DNA of 64,000 bases from Raillietiella orientalis (lineage: Eukaryota). The notes beneath the pieces were generated by a model. It ran no database searches. It saw only the letters and a program-made list of their open reading frames with translations, and was not told the origin of the DNA. Made by a program: the position numbers and the translations under genes. The DNA lies in NCBI GenBank assembly GCA_036172245.1, contig JAYWIR010000014.1:4092001-4156000 (forward strand). Reading direction: 5' to 3'. Of this stretch, positions 14,129 through 27,079 are shown in pieces (the stretch's first letter is position 1; the number at the start of each line of letters is the position of its first letter).

Positions 14129-14200
14129 ATGGAACTGAAGGTCTGGGTAGAAGGGATCCAGAGAATTGTGTGTGGAGTGACTGTCAACACTACTTGCCAG
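14129..14200 (+). CDS. RASSF8: RASSF8 coding exon 1
   Basis: ATG at 14129, [24 protein letters not shown], donor CAG|gtataa; candidate upstream acceptor tttttgtag at 14070. Confidence 0.95.
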
Positions 14201-17200
14201 GTATAATGTTTTAATTACCTTTGCATGAACCTTTGTCTTTAGTCCATGAACTATTTTCAATAAGGCATATCTAGCCATTTATGACTAAGCTCTATTTAAT
14301 CTAACATTATCTAACATTCTTATGTAATCTGCATTGGAATAATCTGTGCTTTTGTTGGAAATACCAAAGGAAAGTATTCTTTGTTTCTTTAAATGCACAT
14401 TAGTCCTGACAGGTGCAAATAAACCATTTGGACAGTGTTTGGGCTAATAACATTCGTTGTGTGCATTAATCATGCTATTTCTGAAAATTTTCTTTTTGTA
14501 AAATGTGTGCAATAAAATTCAATAAATTTGAAAAAAAATTTTTTTCTGGACGTTAATATTAGCGAATTCTGTTATCACAGTCCCTGATTACTTTTAATGA
14601 AATTAGTAAATGGATTGCTTTGATTTTTGTGAGAAGTAATATGCATAAAACTATGGTCTTTCGTGCATTGTGATGCATGCATACTTCCATGAAGATAAAT
14701 ACGTTTACAAATGTGCCAATGTTAACTGAGGAGAATTTGTTTAAAATTACTATGTGGTACTCTGGTTATGGCATACTTTTACATGTTATCTCATTCATCT
14801 TCTGCTCTGCATTCTATGATGCATATTCCCAGTGTAATTATGCATTACAACTATTTGATGTTCGTTAATTATAGTGTCGTTATTTCGCCATTTAGTGTCT
14901 GTTTATCAGTTGTTCACACAATTATTCCCCTTCAAGATGTCACCTCCATCTACCTCCCTGCTATTCTAGCAATGCGCTGTGGTATTGATGTGTTATTTAC
15001 TCATGAAAAGCGAGCATGGAAATAAGTAGATGAAGGTATGCAGTCTTTTTAACACATGTCACTAACATTGACATGTAGCAATTTCGTTTTCTTATATATC
15101 ATCAATTAGGTGTAATTTCTAGAATTTGCATAACTTAAGTATTCTAATTGCATACCTAAAGGTATTTTAACAAATTGTGGTAAACACACCAAGACAAAAA
15201 AACTAAGAACCAAAATTGCTAATTCCCCTCCCTTCTGCAAAGTGGCTTGTTTGCAACATGCTTTGTGCAATTGCCAAGGTGAGCAAATCAGAAAGAAGCA
15301 ATGAACCTTAGCCATAATGGATCTTCACACTCAATGAGCTGTCAGGAGACATGCACATGCAGTTAATTAACAAAATTCTTGCTTGGAAATTCTGTGTGTC
15401 TGTTCTGTAGTACTCAAAGTGGTTGCCTTGCTGATTCCTTTGACACCTCTGTGGTGCAAGAAAAGCAATTTATCTTTGATCATCCCACTGAGTGTAGTTT
15501 TTTAATAGCATAGGCTAGGCCGAAGCATATGAGTTAATTAAGATTTTTGCTTGGTCTAATATCGTTTTTTTTTTGTCCTGCACTTTTTTCTTTGGTCACT
15601 CTTCATGGTCTCATTTCCTTCAAAATTTTAAATCAAAAGAAAGTACAAAGATGTCTGGTTGATTGTTTTACAAAGACAACATGGAAAACAAAAAAGGTGA
15701 CACCAATATCAGTGCCATAAATAAGCAAATTTATAATATTCTAGCTGAAGTAGACTATTGCTTGGCAAATTTTGAAAATATTCAAATGTGATTGTTTTAA
15801 TAGTTGTCAATATACATTTTATGTTTGTGTTGGAGAATGAAAAGGGAAATCGAATAGGTGGCACGATTAAAACAATGTTGTCCTCTTTTAAAAATAATAA
15901 TAGTGTGTATACTGATTGTACATTTAGGGAAGTTACAGAGTAAATACTTTTTCTTAGAGAAGGAGCAGCTGTTTGGTTAAAAGTGTATCTATTAGTTGTT
16001 TAGCTGCCTATACTGTGTTTCAAATTCACCAACAGATGTGACTTGAGATTCATAACATTAGCATTGTTGATTTAGTGATAAAAGTGGTTAAATAATGTTT
16101 ATTGTTTATTGATGAAAAATTTTCAATCATGTAGCTGAAGGTGGAAATTGAAATATAAAAGCATGCTGTCTTCCAGTCAACTACTCATTCATGTCAGTGA
16201 GTTCAATTCAGTTGCCTAGAAAAGCATTAAAATGCAATATTCAGAATATTATGCTTTTACTTCATAAATTTCTTTTAAAGTTGCACAATGTGTAGAAAAC
16301 TGTACTTGAATCTCTTGGTAAATTCATAAATCAACTTTCACAATTGTATGAAAATTAAAATGAAAATTATACACATTTTAATACTAAGAAGTAATAATAT
16401 GTATTTGATTTTTTTAAAATATAAAACTGTAGGTGCTCACAATTACAGTGCTTATGGTGTGGTACATTACTTCTTGAGATTTTTCAATGCTATGTAATTC
16501 ACAAAGTTGAATTTGAAAGAGTGGATTGATCTTATAAGTTTCTTGTTTTAATTTTTAGTAAATGAGAACCAGTGCTTTATTTGCAGTGAATAGCAGCAGT
16601 GTTACATATGTATTTGCCACCTTTGTTGTCTGTTTGCAAAAAAAAAAAAGGGCCCTGAGTTCATACTGAATTTTAAAATTGTTCAAGTCAAAAAAATAAA
16701 TTTTTAATAATGTGGTTTGTGTGGGTTCTTCAATTCGTAATGAAATAATACGTCAACTCAAAAAAAATCTGAATTTTCTTTGTGCATTAGCATTTTGAAA
16801 AAAAGTCCTATTGTGTATGTTGGATTGCTTGCATCAATTATGCTTGTAAAAATTTCAAGATATTGACTACTAAATTGTTTGGCTCCTTAGGATGTTGTTT
16901 ATGCCCTAGCGCATGCCACTGGAAAAACGGGAAGGTTTAGTTTCATGGAGAAATGGAGAAATAATGAAAGACTGTTGGCACCTGATGAAAACCCTTTAAA
17001 AGTATGTTGCATCATCCCAGTCTTGATGCCATATTCTCTTTTCAGATTCTAATGAAGTGGGGAGAATATTCCAACGAAGTTCATTTCGTTTTACATTGGT
17101 CTTCTTTGGACAGAGAAAGTATGAGAAAGAAACTGAATTCTGCAAAGCAAAGTAATGAAATACAGTTATCCAAGAACTTGTTGCCAACGAATACTCTGTA

Positions 17201-18561
17201 CAGCTTTACAAAGGAAGTTAAAAAAGCTCTCACTTTTAGTGGAGCTCATCATTCCGATATTTTCCACGAGAATAGCAGAAAACTTCGGAAGGATAATATT
17301 GGCATAGTTAAAGGCATTCCTCAGAAATCTAATGAAGATGCAAAATTGAATACCATGCAAGGATCCAGTGAAGGAGGATCAAATCAACCTAAAGATCAAT
17401 ATAATCTATTCAATGAACCAAGTGATGTTTCTGGCTCCGAAACAGCATCATCAAAGGCATATCGACCATCCCATCCTCCACCCTATCGCCCACCTCCCCC
17501 TGCTGTAACATCAACACAACCTCAGTCCGAAATTATAGTCCATTATTCAGATACGTTGGACATGAAAATGACATATCATCCTCAGATAGGAGCATTTGAT
17601 CTTCAGCATGATGATAGTACTATTAGTGAGCAATCAGAGAATTGCTCTAAGACTCAGCAGGTGAGCATCTTTGTATGCAGTGTATGTGCTAATTTGGCCT
17701 CAGCCACAAGTGACCATAGTTACCAGCTTGCCTTACCAAACAGGTGATTTGACACAGCTACAAATGTTAGCTTTTGAAGGTGACAAAGAGGTAAGGGAGA
17801 TATCCATTTTCATGCTAGTTTGTAAAATATGTATCAGGCAGCACTATCAGATAAATATTTTATAAATAGTGGAAAATCAAGTCATGTCTCATCTAAATTT
17901 CAGCTGCAACAATTGGAACTGTTGGAACAGGAACACCAAATGTCAGTAATGTGGGAAAATCATGTGCACAATGAACTCAAGATGTTGCAAGAGCGGCTGA
18001 ATCATTGTGAAATTCAGCTGAGTCAGTGCTGCATTCGAATGAGGTTGGTAAAAATTATTTTGGTGTTCCGTATCATGGATGAAGTTAGAATTCTTTTGGA
18101 AGCAGTGCAAGAGGAGCAACTCCGACAAGATGAAAACTTGAACTTAGAGATGCAAAATCTTCAACAGCAGATTGTGTGCAGCAAATTGTTGAGTGAGGAG
18201 ATGCAGGTAATTACGTATTTGGAATTACGTTTTAATGAATCAGTGTTACCTAGGTAGCATCAGAGAAACTGGCACAGGACATTGGTACCCTGGAACAAGA
18301 AATTCGTGATAAGCTGAAAGTATTGGATGAACTACTAACAGATATTAAGAAAGAGAATTTGAAAGCATTGAATTCATTATCATCCGAAGAAGTGTGCTCT
18401 GTATCTTCAGGTATGCATATCATGGGATTTTCATCTTTTGCAATCCTGGATTTCTAGCTGGTGTTCACAAGTTAGGAAGAATGAGAAAAATGCTGGGATC
18501 TCCGAGACAGTTAGAAAATGCAGCTCCCACAATTAAAAACCCATATGGAGTCTGGGTGTGA
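14129..18561 (+). CDS. RASSF8: Ras association domain-containing protein 8 (RASSF7/8 family), 8 coding exons, about 489 aa
   Basis: join(14129-14200,16891-17001,17046-17660,17704-17790,17838-18043,18089-18206,18254-18410,18458-18561); all introns GT..AG and phase-compatible. N-terminus [77 protein letters not shown] is the RASSF7/8 RA domain; a coiled coil follows; C-terminus [21 protein letters not shown] resembles arthropod RASSF8. Confidence 0.95.
16891..17001 (+). CDS. RASSF8: RASSF8 coding exon 2
   Basis: ctccttag|[16 protein letters not shown]...PDENPLK|gtatgt; continues the RA domain in phase 0. Confidence 0.95.
17046..17660 (+). CDS. RASSF8: RASSF8 coding exon 3
   Basis: tttcag|[16 protein letters not shown]...PPPYRPPPP...SKTQQ|gtgagc; lies inside ORF 17004..17747. 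Confidence 0.9.
17704..17790 (+). CDS. RASSF8: RASSF8 coding exon 4
   Basis: Branch-like gctaat then cctcag|PQVTIVT...EGDKE|gtaagg; 87 nt, phase 0/0. Poorly conserved linker, so boundaries are inferred from splice signals. Confidence 0.7.
17838..18043 (+). CDS. RASSF8: RASSF8 coding exon 5 (coiled coil)
   Basis: gtatcag|AALSDK...[44 protein letters not shown]|gttggt; an alternative in-frame acceptor exists at 17903. Confidence 0.75.
18089..18206 (+). CDS. RASSF8: RASSF8 coding exon 6
   Basis: gttag|[14 protein letters not shown]...SEEMQ|gtaatt; separated from exon 5 by an inferred 45-nt in-frame intron. Confidence 0.75.
18254..18410 (+). CDS. RASSF8: RASSF8 coding exon 7
   Basis: cctag|[39 protein letters not shown]...|gtatgc; heptad pattern and the family NL motif. 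Confidence 0.88.
18458..18561 (+). CDS. RASSF8: RASSF8 terminal coding exon
   Basis: tttctag|...[28 protein letters not shown] at 18559-18561. Confidence 0.92.
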
Positions 18562-20029
18562 ATTGCCCTAGTCACGACGATATGGCACAGCCTGCATGTT
18601 CATTTGATGAAACTTGAACCTGAAGCTGTTCGTTTTTGCACCAGGCCAATTTTTTGCAGCACAAGTTTATTCAACAGAGATGTTAGCACCGATAAACACA
18701 GAATTTGCGAGTAATATTGGAAGAATTCATAAGAAGACCTATTTGTGGTGTTAAAGAATGCCAATGCAATTGAATACTTCAGCCAGTAATTGGGTGATCC
18801 ATATTGTGAGAGAAGCCAAATACTGTAATCATCTTAAGAGCTCCAGTTTAATGTATAGTATTCAATGCTATAACTGAATTTTTCATCCTCAATTTGCATT
18901 GCGTGTACTCATCTTTTTTGTTTGCCAATGGAGCACATATGGTATGTGAGAACCATTCCCATCAATGCAATGTTGTGTCAAGAGAAATTTTCAATATAAA
19001 TGGAATGTTTTCCTTTGTGTCCTCTATGCCTATGTTTTAATTAACTACATCTTGTGTGACTGATGCAGATGAATGTCAGATAACAATATCAATAATAATT
19101 ACTGTTTTTTTTTTTTTTTTTTTCACTTAATTCTGGAAATGAAACTATTGTCAGTACCAAAAGTGTGCTTAGTCGCCAAAGCACTGAGTGTGGTACTTGG
19201 AAGTTCCTGGTGAATTTGCACTGGTGCAGTTCTACCAGAAGTTTTAATGTCCAATGCATGTCCAAAGTTCAGAGTAACAGTTTACAGGAGCCTGACAAGC
19301 ATAATGTGCCTGGATCATGATTTGTGGTCTCATTTAATCATGATGAATGGAGAACAAAATTTTGGTTTCGATGGTATTTAGAGTCAAACAAATCGGAAGC
19401 TGCAAACGTGGCAAAAAAAGATTTATTCTGATAAGTGAAAATATTGAAGTATCACTTTTACTAACTTTTTTAAAATGAGTCACTCGGTTTCGTATATTTT
19501 ACGCTTAAAAAACAGCTGCTTCAACGTTAACCTGAAATTAGGATGATGAAGAGCAATCGAAAAATCTTAATGGGATGCAAATGTGTAAACATTTTTGCAT
19601 ACCGTATTCTTAGGAAAAAAAAAAAAAAACTAAATAACGTTTATTTTGATTAGACAAGATTTTTCCAGCGATTAGTAATTTTATCATATCTCAATTTCGA
19701 ATAAAAAAATTTTCATTTCTGACCAAAAAAATTTACTGCATCTATATGGATTATTCTAAATTGCAGCAGATAATTTCAGAACTTGGTGTTCTGAATTTTC
19801 GTTATTTGTGCGCTGGTATTTCATGTGGAATAATATGAGTTTTGTCTTGAAAAAGTGTTTGAATCCGGAAAAAAGGCTTCCAGAGGTTTAACGTGGGACC
19901 TCCTTGCTTTCCAGATTTCATTTCAGATCTGCGAAAGTATAACTCCAGAAAGAAATACCATCAACAGCCAAGCATGCTCATAGTATTTTGGACAGTTTGA
20001 AACAGTAATTAGTATTCAATGCACAAACC

Positions 20030-21390
20030 ATGAGGAAAACTTGGAAGTGTCTGTATTCACTTTTCCACTTTTACAGAACATTGAAAGGAATGAAGAAGTT
20101 TCCAATACATCCCTGTGGTCACCTCAAGGGCGTATAAGATAGGGCGTGTTCACCCGGATGCTGTGGGGGGCCTGATATCTATGTTTCAACTTGATGTCCA
20201 ATATGTAGATATGATTTCTGAGGGTTAAAGACTGAAGAGCTTCGGGATGGTCTGAATCTGGCAGATCTTGTTCGAAACTCCAGTTATTTCGGAACTATCT
20301 CCCTTTCGTTTCTCTATTTTCACCCTTTTGCTTTACATGTTTCCAACCTAAAGTTCCAAGACGGCTTTTGTTTTGACCTTCTGTGCCACCAATTGGAAGC
20401 TCAGGTGTGAATTGCAACTCTGCAAGCAACTTGCGGAAGACCGCAGGTTTGTTAACGGCCCACGTATAAACCAAGGAAGGGTCGAAATTCGGACTGCCTC
20501 GTAATGCCTGCTGATACGTAGCTGTTTTAGAAAATGGCATTGATTGCCTGGTTTTTATCAAAACCCGACCGTTTTTTCTTTTTTCCTGTTTGCAACATGC
20601 AAATCTGCTCATGGGCAGCACTGTTATCTGAGGAAGCAACTCCTTCGTAATAATAGTTATTTCAATGTCTTGCATCAGAAGGGGAATTTCGTGGAAGAAA
20701 AGATCCTTAAGAAATGAAATACAATTATGCAAAACAACCCCACAGAAGCAGGGTTTTTAAGCAAGAAGAATTGTGCCCACAATGAAAATTTAGAACTTGG
20801 GTGTATGATGCTGTATGGAATATTTGCTATTAGCTGTTGATGATTAGAAGCTAGATGTATCTTCCAGATCTGTCTGTCATCCGATTACTAAGAGCACATT
20901 TGATAGGAGAGTTCGTCCAAAAATTGATTGAATTCCACTATGTGACAGATGCGCACAGGTCACGTGAGGCGCTAGGATCGTCACTAAGGTCATGTCAGTC
21001 AGCAAGCAAAATATTGCTTGTGTTGAGATGCACCCTGCAAATAAATGGTGCTGTTGAGATTATGAAAAATAAGTGGATAGTTTTTTTTGAGCCGGGCTTC
21101 GTGCTTCCTACGGCAGCTGTCCATTTTGATGGCATTTGACGCGCACAAATGTTGATGTTTAAGCATAATTGATGATATGTACGTACGAGTCTGCAACACG
21201 TGGATTATAAGTGAACAACAACACGAACACGCGAATGATTTCGAAAAAGATTCATGCACCTTTTACGAACTGCAGGGCGTTCAGTATGAGAAAGATATAA
21301 TCACAAGCGTTTCTGTAATGCGAAGTCATCAACATCGACCACCACTCCTTTTGGTGCATCACGTGGATGCTTCGTTTGTTCAAGTCTCCT
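20030..21390 (+). pseudogene. RING / B-box (possibly NHL) TRIM-like remnant
   Basis: EENLEVSV, then one frame FPIHPCGH...*CPICRYDF*GLKTEELRDGLNLADLV with in-frame stops; FCATN..CELQLCK downstream; weak NHL-like text at about 21080-21280. Confidence 0.5.
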
Positions 21391-24314
21391 AAGATTTTTT
21401 ACGAGAGTGGAAATTTGGCACATACTGCAAATCCAGCACTCCAAATTGTAAACAAATTTGAATTCCCAATGTGGAGAAAACCTCTAACAGATACATAGTT
21501 TGAGACTCACAGGTCTTTCTCATGGAAGCTCCATGTGTCACAATTAGTATGATTGCACGACAATCCATGAACTATAAGGTGGTAGAGCTTGTTGATTTAT
21601 TTTAAGGAGTCAAGAAAATGAGGAGGGAAGGTAAAGTGCGAACTGTGAGCTTTCGTTACTCGAAGAGAAGCAAAGGCAATCCATGCACCAAGAGTATAAT
21701 TTCCTGCACTATTCTGCGCTTTTTATTTCAGTTGTGTGTCGGAATTGCCAGACGAGCAAGTAGAATGTGGTAAGATTTGGTGGATTCCTTCAGGGTGAAG
21801 GTAAACACTGAATTGATTTGTGCCATTAATATCCATTACCACCATTATCAGTTTATTCCATTATTTACCATCTTCCGGCCGCTTATGAATTAGGTGGTAA
21901 ATCTTTAATAACAATAATGTTGGAGTACAGGTACTCCAAGTAAATTTCTCTGGAATATGCTGCACGCGGATGCAATTTTTTTTCCTATGAGAATCGATTA
22001 CTGAAAACTGTAACAGTGAATGATGCATAAAATTCAGTCATAAGCAGACGCTGAAACACAAGCACATCTCTCCATGATGGACTCTTAGGGGCGGAGTTAA
22101 ATGATTCATTCCAGGCATCGAGTTTTGAACCGAAAAAATTTCCCTCCCTTCATCGAAGATACAAAGATCCCTGAAATTCATGGAAAATAGGGAATGTGGT
22201 GGGAAAATAAATACATGTACCAAATCAAACGTTATGCGATCACCGTGACAATCTTGAACATGTACTGCAATATTTGAAATGAGAGTCACAAATGTTTCCC
22301 ATTTGATGATCTTATGCAATCACTCGTTTCACAAAGTTAGCAATGTGTTGGAAAATGCCGGGGCAAAATAAACAACTTCATAACAGAAAAGGAAAACGAT
22401 GATAAGAACTTAAAAACAAAGGAAAATGCAAAGTATTCGGAATTAATTTAAAGCATAATTTTCTTAATATCCGTAAACAGTAATCAGTTAAGAATGCTAT
22501 TAGAAGAAAGACCATCCCCATCCAATTCATGTATTACACAAATATAGTGTGATTGTACTAAGCAAATAGGCATTTATAATCAGGGCGGGAGATGCTCGGA
22601 AATCCCCAAAGGTTCAACATTTGCTCATCACAACATGAGAGTGCAAAGAGTGTAAAGATTCTACTCCATGTCTCACGATGAAAAGGGAGCATCGGTAGCC
22701 CCCGAAGAATCAAAGACCACCAGTCACCAATTCAGTAGAGGCCGATTTTCTTTCTCTGTGCCACCCAACATTCCTTCTCGGCTCCAAAGAAGCGACGCTG
22801 CCTCCGTGGAAGAACTGTATCGCTATGTCAAGTCCCATGGATAAGAACGGAAAATGAATGGTGACATCAATTAGATATTTTTTTGAACTCTTAACCAGAA
22901 TGCTGCTTGTATGAATGAGAATACCATATGCGATATCGTAAGCTAGAAGATGAACGAGATGAACCAGACTACCAGCAAATGCCTCTTTGGTTGCAGCAGT
23001 AGATCTCTGGCTTTAGAACTCTCACGACGAATTTTGAAAATCAGTGAAGATCAGAAAAGCACTGGAACCAGCTGCTGTCAAAGATGAGAAGAAGTACGCA
23101 AAAGTCAGAGCACAGTCCGAACCATAGTCATACACGGACTCGAAAGGTGGCTTTTGATATGCAGACGGCAGAATCCAGGTTGCTCAGGATTGCCAGATTT
23201 TCTTCAAGCACACCCAGTAGCACCACTGGTTTCTGGGATTTTACTCATCATGACCATTACTAAGGAAAGATATTAGAATCCCATTGCTTCTAACCGAGGC
23301 CAAAGCCAAATCTGTCGAAGTCATTGGCGCCTCCGAAAAATGGTTTCATCAAATGTCGAACCGCTTAAAGGGAATTTTGAGGACGAAAACGCGATCGCAC
23401 GTGGAGTACAGCATATCAATGGCTTCAACACATGCAAAAGGCGCCAGACCTTCAGAAATTAAGTCCTTTTCTGAAAACACTGAAACATTCCTAACCATTC
23501 TTCTAGAAAGCAGTGCTGACAAATTTGTCATGCGGTGAAACAAACTGCATACGAACCTAATGGACCTGCTCAAAAAAAAGGGAACAAAGCAAAAATTCTG
23601 GAGAGGTCTCGAGATAATTTCGGTTCTCCTTTTTTAAGAGCATTTTTCTTTCATGCCTCCTTTATCCAATGAAAATTCCCTTCGTCTTTCTCTTGCTCGT
23701 GAGGAATATTCTTTGGTTGTAAAATAGAATATTGGAATGACAAAACAAAATATGGTTCGCATTGGTCTCTCATCGTTCCTTCTGGAAATGAAGTCTATCC
23801 AAGATGTCAGAAATCCCTTGCATTCTTAGCGATGCTTTTTTTTTCTTTTAAGAGAAGAGGAATGTTTCTTGTTCTGTGCGAAAGCTGGACTCAGAGACGG
23901 GATGTTCTCTCTTTATCTGCAACCACAGTTCATTGTAGTTTGGTGTTCCATTATGTTCCATTTCCATTCATCATGATGAGAACCATGATGAATACCGTGT
24001 TGACACTATGCTTATGTGGAAAATCTCAACATGTGACTCAGTTCATCTCTTGCCATACTTCTAGATGACACAATAGACATGGAGATAGTATGGGGGAATT
24101 TTGAGAACTGTCTCAAGCACTCAAGGTATCACGACTGTACATTTTACGTTCAGGATTGTGCGTTTTTTTTTTTTTTTTTTAAACTCTTGATTGCCCTCTT
24201 TTAATTGGAATTATCCTCACACACCTTTGACGTCAGCGAATCTTCAACCCCTTACTAAATTCTAAAAATCCCGTCATCAGATCCACATTCGAATAGTTCG
24301 AATAATCGAATACC

Positions 24315-24810
24315 TGTACTCTCCTTCGAATTGCATCAAAGTTTCTCAACATACGGAAGCACAAACAGGTAGTCGTGCCTGTGGACCGCAATCCTGTCTT
24401 TGCACTTCACGCAGAAGGCTCCCACTTGGGCTTCCGCTCGCAAATAGTTCTTGTGATTCGAGACTTGGCTCCGTGTTCGATGTGAAGTTTCTTTCAAGTC
24501 ACTGGTGCAGTCAGCACATGGCTTTTTTTCTGACAGTCTTGTAGATTGATTCTCCAGAGTTTCTCTTGAAAATCCGAAAGTCCTTTGGAGGATCTTTGTT
24601 TTGAAATAGTTCAGGGATGACTTTGAAAAGCATCACCTCCTTGTGCCCATTCTGCTAAGAGTTCTTGTGGCAAAATTTTTTCGATATCTTTTTACTGGGT
24701 GTGGGATTAGGATGTGATTCTTGGAGTAGGCATGCAGGTTAAATCTTCAACACTGATAAATGCCATCTCTGTTTCGACGGCAGACCAATGAAGCGTTACT
24801 TCTCTCGGAA
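24315..24810 (-). pseudogene. RING/B-box-like remnant
   Basis: MAFISVEDLTC start, KPCADC, AFCVKCKDRIAVHRHD; stops and frameshifts; tttcag acceptor and gtattc donor at the ends. Confidence 0.35.
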
Positions 24811-24979
24811 ACTGAAATTCGGTAGCAAGTAAGAAATAGGTAAACCACAAGAGGTGTGTATCAAGGGAGCAAGAAATTCTCTAAGCACCGGTAATTTTTG
24901 CATCCTGGGTTTGCATTTTTGGATCCCATTTGGGGAGTTTAAATTGAAGCATTCCGCACTCTGTGAATTCTCTGAATTT

Positions 24980-25290
24980 GCTTATCTGGATGAGACGTCA
25001 ATCGTGTTATAGAAGTACTTCTGATCTTCCTCTATAGAACGGTCGTACACGCTTGTCCTATCGTTGAACCTCGTTGGTGCCTTCCTTTTCATTTTTGTTT
25101 CGTCTCGAAGAGCTTTCTGAGATATGACGGCCGCATTCCAATGTCGCCAGTTTTTTTCTTTTTTTATGCATGAGGCATTCGAAAGATGTGCCACGCTGCG
25201 TGAGCTTCATTTGAAATCCTTTGCGACTTGATACACGTCTTTCTTTGTGGATCTCACTGAGATGACTACCCCAAAAGATGACAGACACAA
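24980..25290 (-). mobile_element. hAT (ZMYM1-like) transposase fragment
   Basis: KRKAPTRFND...DQKYFYNTID resembles the RKxPxRF...YYxxID segment preceding the hAT dimerisation domain. Confidence 0.45.
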
Positions 25291-25859
25291 ATGTGCATCC
25301 TGCTCTCTGCAGTAAGCGAGAAGCACATGGGAAAACGCATCGGGAAACTCACGAGTCGTCATGGAGATAACTAAGCGAGTTCGAGATCTCCATCGCCGTT
25401 TCGCTTCGGAGGATGGAGGGAAGTCGCGCGTCCACTTGGCTAATTTTACGTCCCTCGTAACATCAAGTACGGATTCACATTTCAGATGTCACGTACACGA
25501 GTTACAGGGAGGGCTGCGGCTGCGGACCCGATCGTGAGCGAAAGGTGATGGTCTCTAATGCAAGGCGGCAGATGAATCAAGCGAGCTTCGCCAAAATTCT
25601 AATGAGGCAGTGTGCCATTTCATGTAAGCATCGCACACAAGAGCGCAGTGCGCACATCGTGGCACCTGCATTTCCCGAGGAGGCAGCGTTCGAAAACTCA
25701 TTCGAAGTGGCTCCTCCTTTCGGGATAAAGCGCCGCCGTGCGAAAAAGGAGGACACAAGAGATCGATCCCTCTTTTTCAGTTGGTGCGAACACGACGAGC
25801 AAAAGCCAGTGGAACCTCATGAGCCGCTCAGCTGGCGGCGGCAGCATCCGCATGTGTGT

Positions 25860-26070
25860 TCCTAATGTCTTTCATCACCACTGATAGTGGAACCGTACCT
25901 ATGCTTGAGTATAAAGTAAAAGAGTTTATCACATCAGTAGAAAGAAGCTTCCAAGAGTGGAAGTACCATCCAGCACAGTCCTTCTGCATCCTTGAACGTT
26001 CCCCTCACTATCTCACAACTTTCGTGATGCCTTCGAAGAGGGCTGCATTCACCGGGTCGTCAGACTACTA
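25860..26070 (+). mobile_element. Ty3/gypsy-like RT scrap
   Basis: KYHP...VLLHP...YLTTFVMP resembles GYHQIxLHxxSxxLTTFxTP; no LTRs seen. Confidence 0.3.
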
Positions 26071-26879
26071 GTACACCACGTCCTTAACTTCTCCATCCTT
26101 TAGAAGTTTCGATGTCCACGTTTACTGGAAGTTTAGGTGCTCATGAAAGAAATTAAGAGAGGAGCTGGTCACCATCTCTACGGTTTAGACTATTTGACCA
26201 ATCTGGATGAATCTGGGCGAATCGGACCCTGTTCTGCAAGTCGGCGAACGAGTGACCACACTCGAAACGTTCCTTCGAGAGCTCTGGAAGATTCCAAGAC
26301 GCGAGAGTAGATACTGGGGTCTGGCTCAGCACCTTGCCGGAAAAGAGGAGTTTGCATCAGTACCAGCCATTGTTGTGGGATACCTCGGCGGTCGAGAGCC
26401 AGGGAGCTGGAGGACCTAGAAGATACCCAGAACAACGGAAGATCAAGAGGAAACGAGCCGAGTACATCAGAAACGAAATGGTATGCAGAAACATAGAATG
26501 CCCACGGGAGACGTAATCGAACCGTGGACAGGCCGCCGAATGCAGAAACTTGTGGAAAAGAAGGTTTGTTGGAGTCTCGAGGTTGTGCAAACTCTGGAAA
26601 TTGGGCATGATCTTCGGAATTCTGCGTATTCTTCCCAGGAGGTTTCTCTGGAATACCAGCGCTTTGAGCCTCGAAGGATGATCAACGCAACCTCCCAGTA
26701 GATGGCAGAACACTCGGCTGATGCGGACCGCCCCGAGTAAGAGTGACAGCACTCTCCACAGAGGCTGGGCGTGTGCATTCGAGAGATTCTCCAAGGTGAA
26801 TCAGTGGTCTTCTCATTGAGGAACGTGGCAAAGTGGCCTTTTCCGAATAACAGAGTCGAGGAGTTGCTACAATCGCACG

Positions 26880-27070
26880 CAGGTTACAGAAGACGCGGCG
26901 GGTGTGACCGGCAATCCTTGTCCCTTCTCCCTCCTTTATTTGTTTATTTATTGCCCCCTATCCTACATCCTCTCTGCCCTTCTTGTGTAGCCGACCTGAG
27001 AGTCAGTGGATTTCTATTTTTTTTTTGTTGTCCTTCCCCTGAATTTTCTATGGACTCGTGGATCCAATAA
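26880..27070 (+). mobile_element. LINE 3' UTR fragment of the same family
   Basis: CCTTGTCCCT...TTTATTTATTG and GCCGACCTG resemble 47041-47120 and 44733-44745. Confidence 0.5.
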
Positions 27071-27079
27071 TCCACATGG

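Noticed and set aside
20295..20732. 145-aa minus-strand ORF as an exon set
   Set aside because: No recognisable family or coherent splicing; the + strand carries RING/B-box motifs.
22600..23480. NRF-6/acyltransferase N-terminal remnant on minus
   Set aside because: GVLEENLAILSNLD is suggestive, but one fuzzy motif across frameshifts is insufficient.
26600..26800. BIR domain remnant on minus (SWEEYAEFRRSCP)
   Set aside because: Zinc ligands and spacing are mostly missing.
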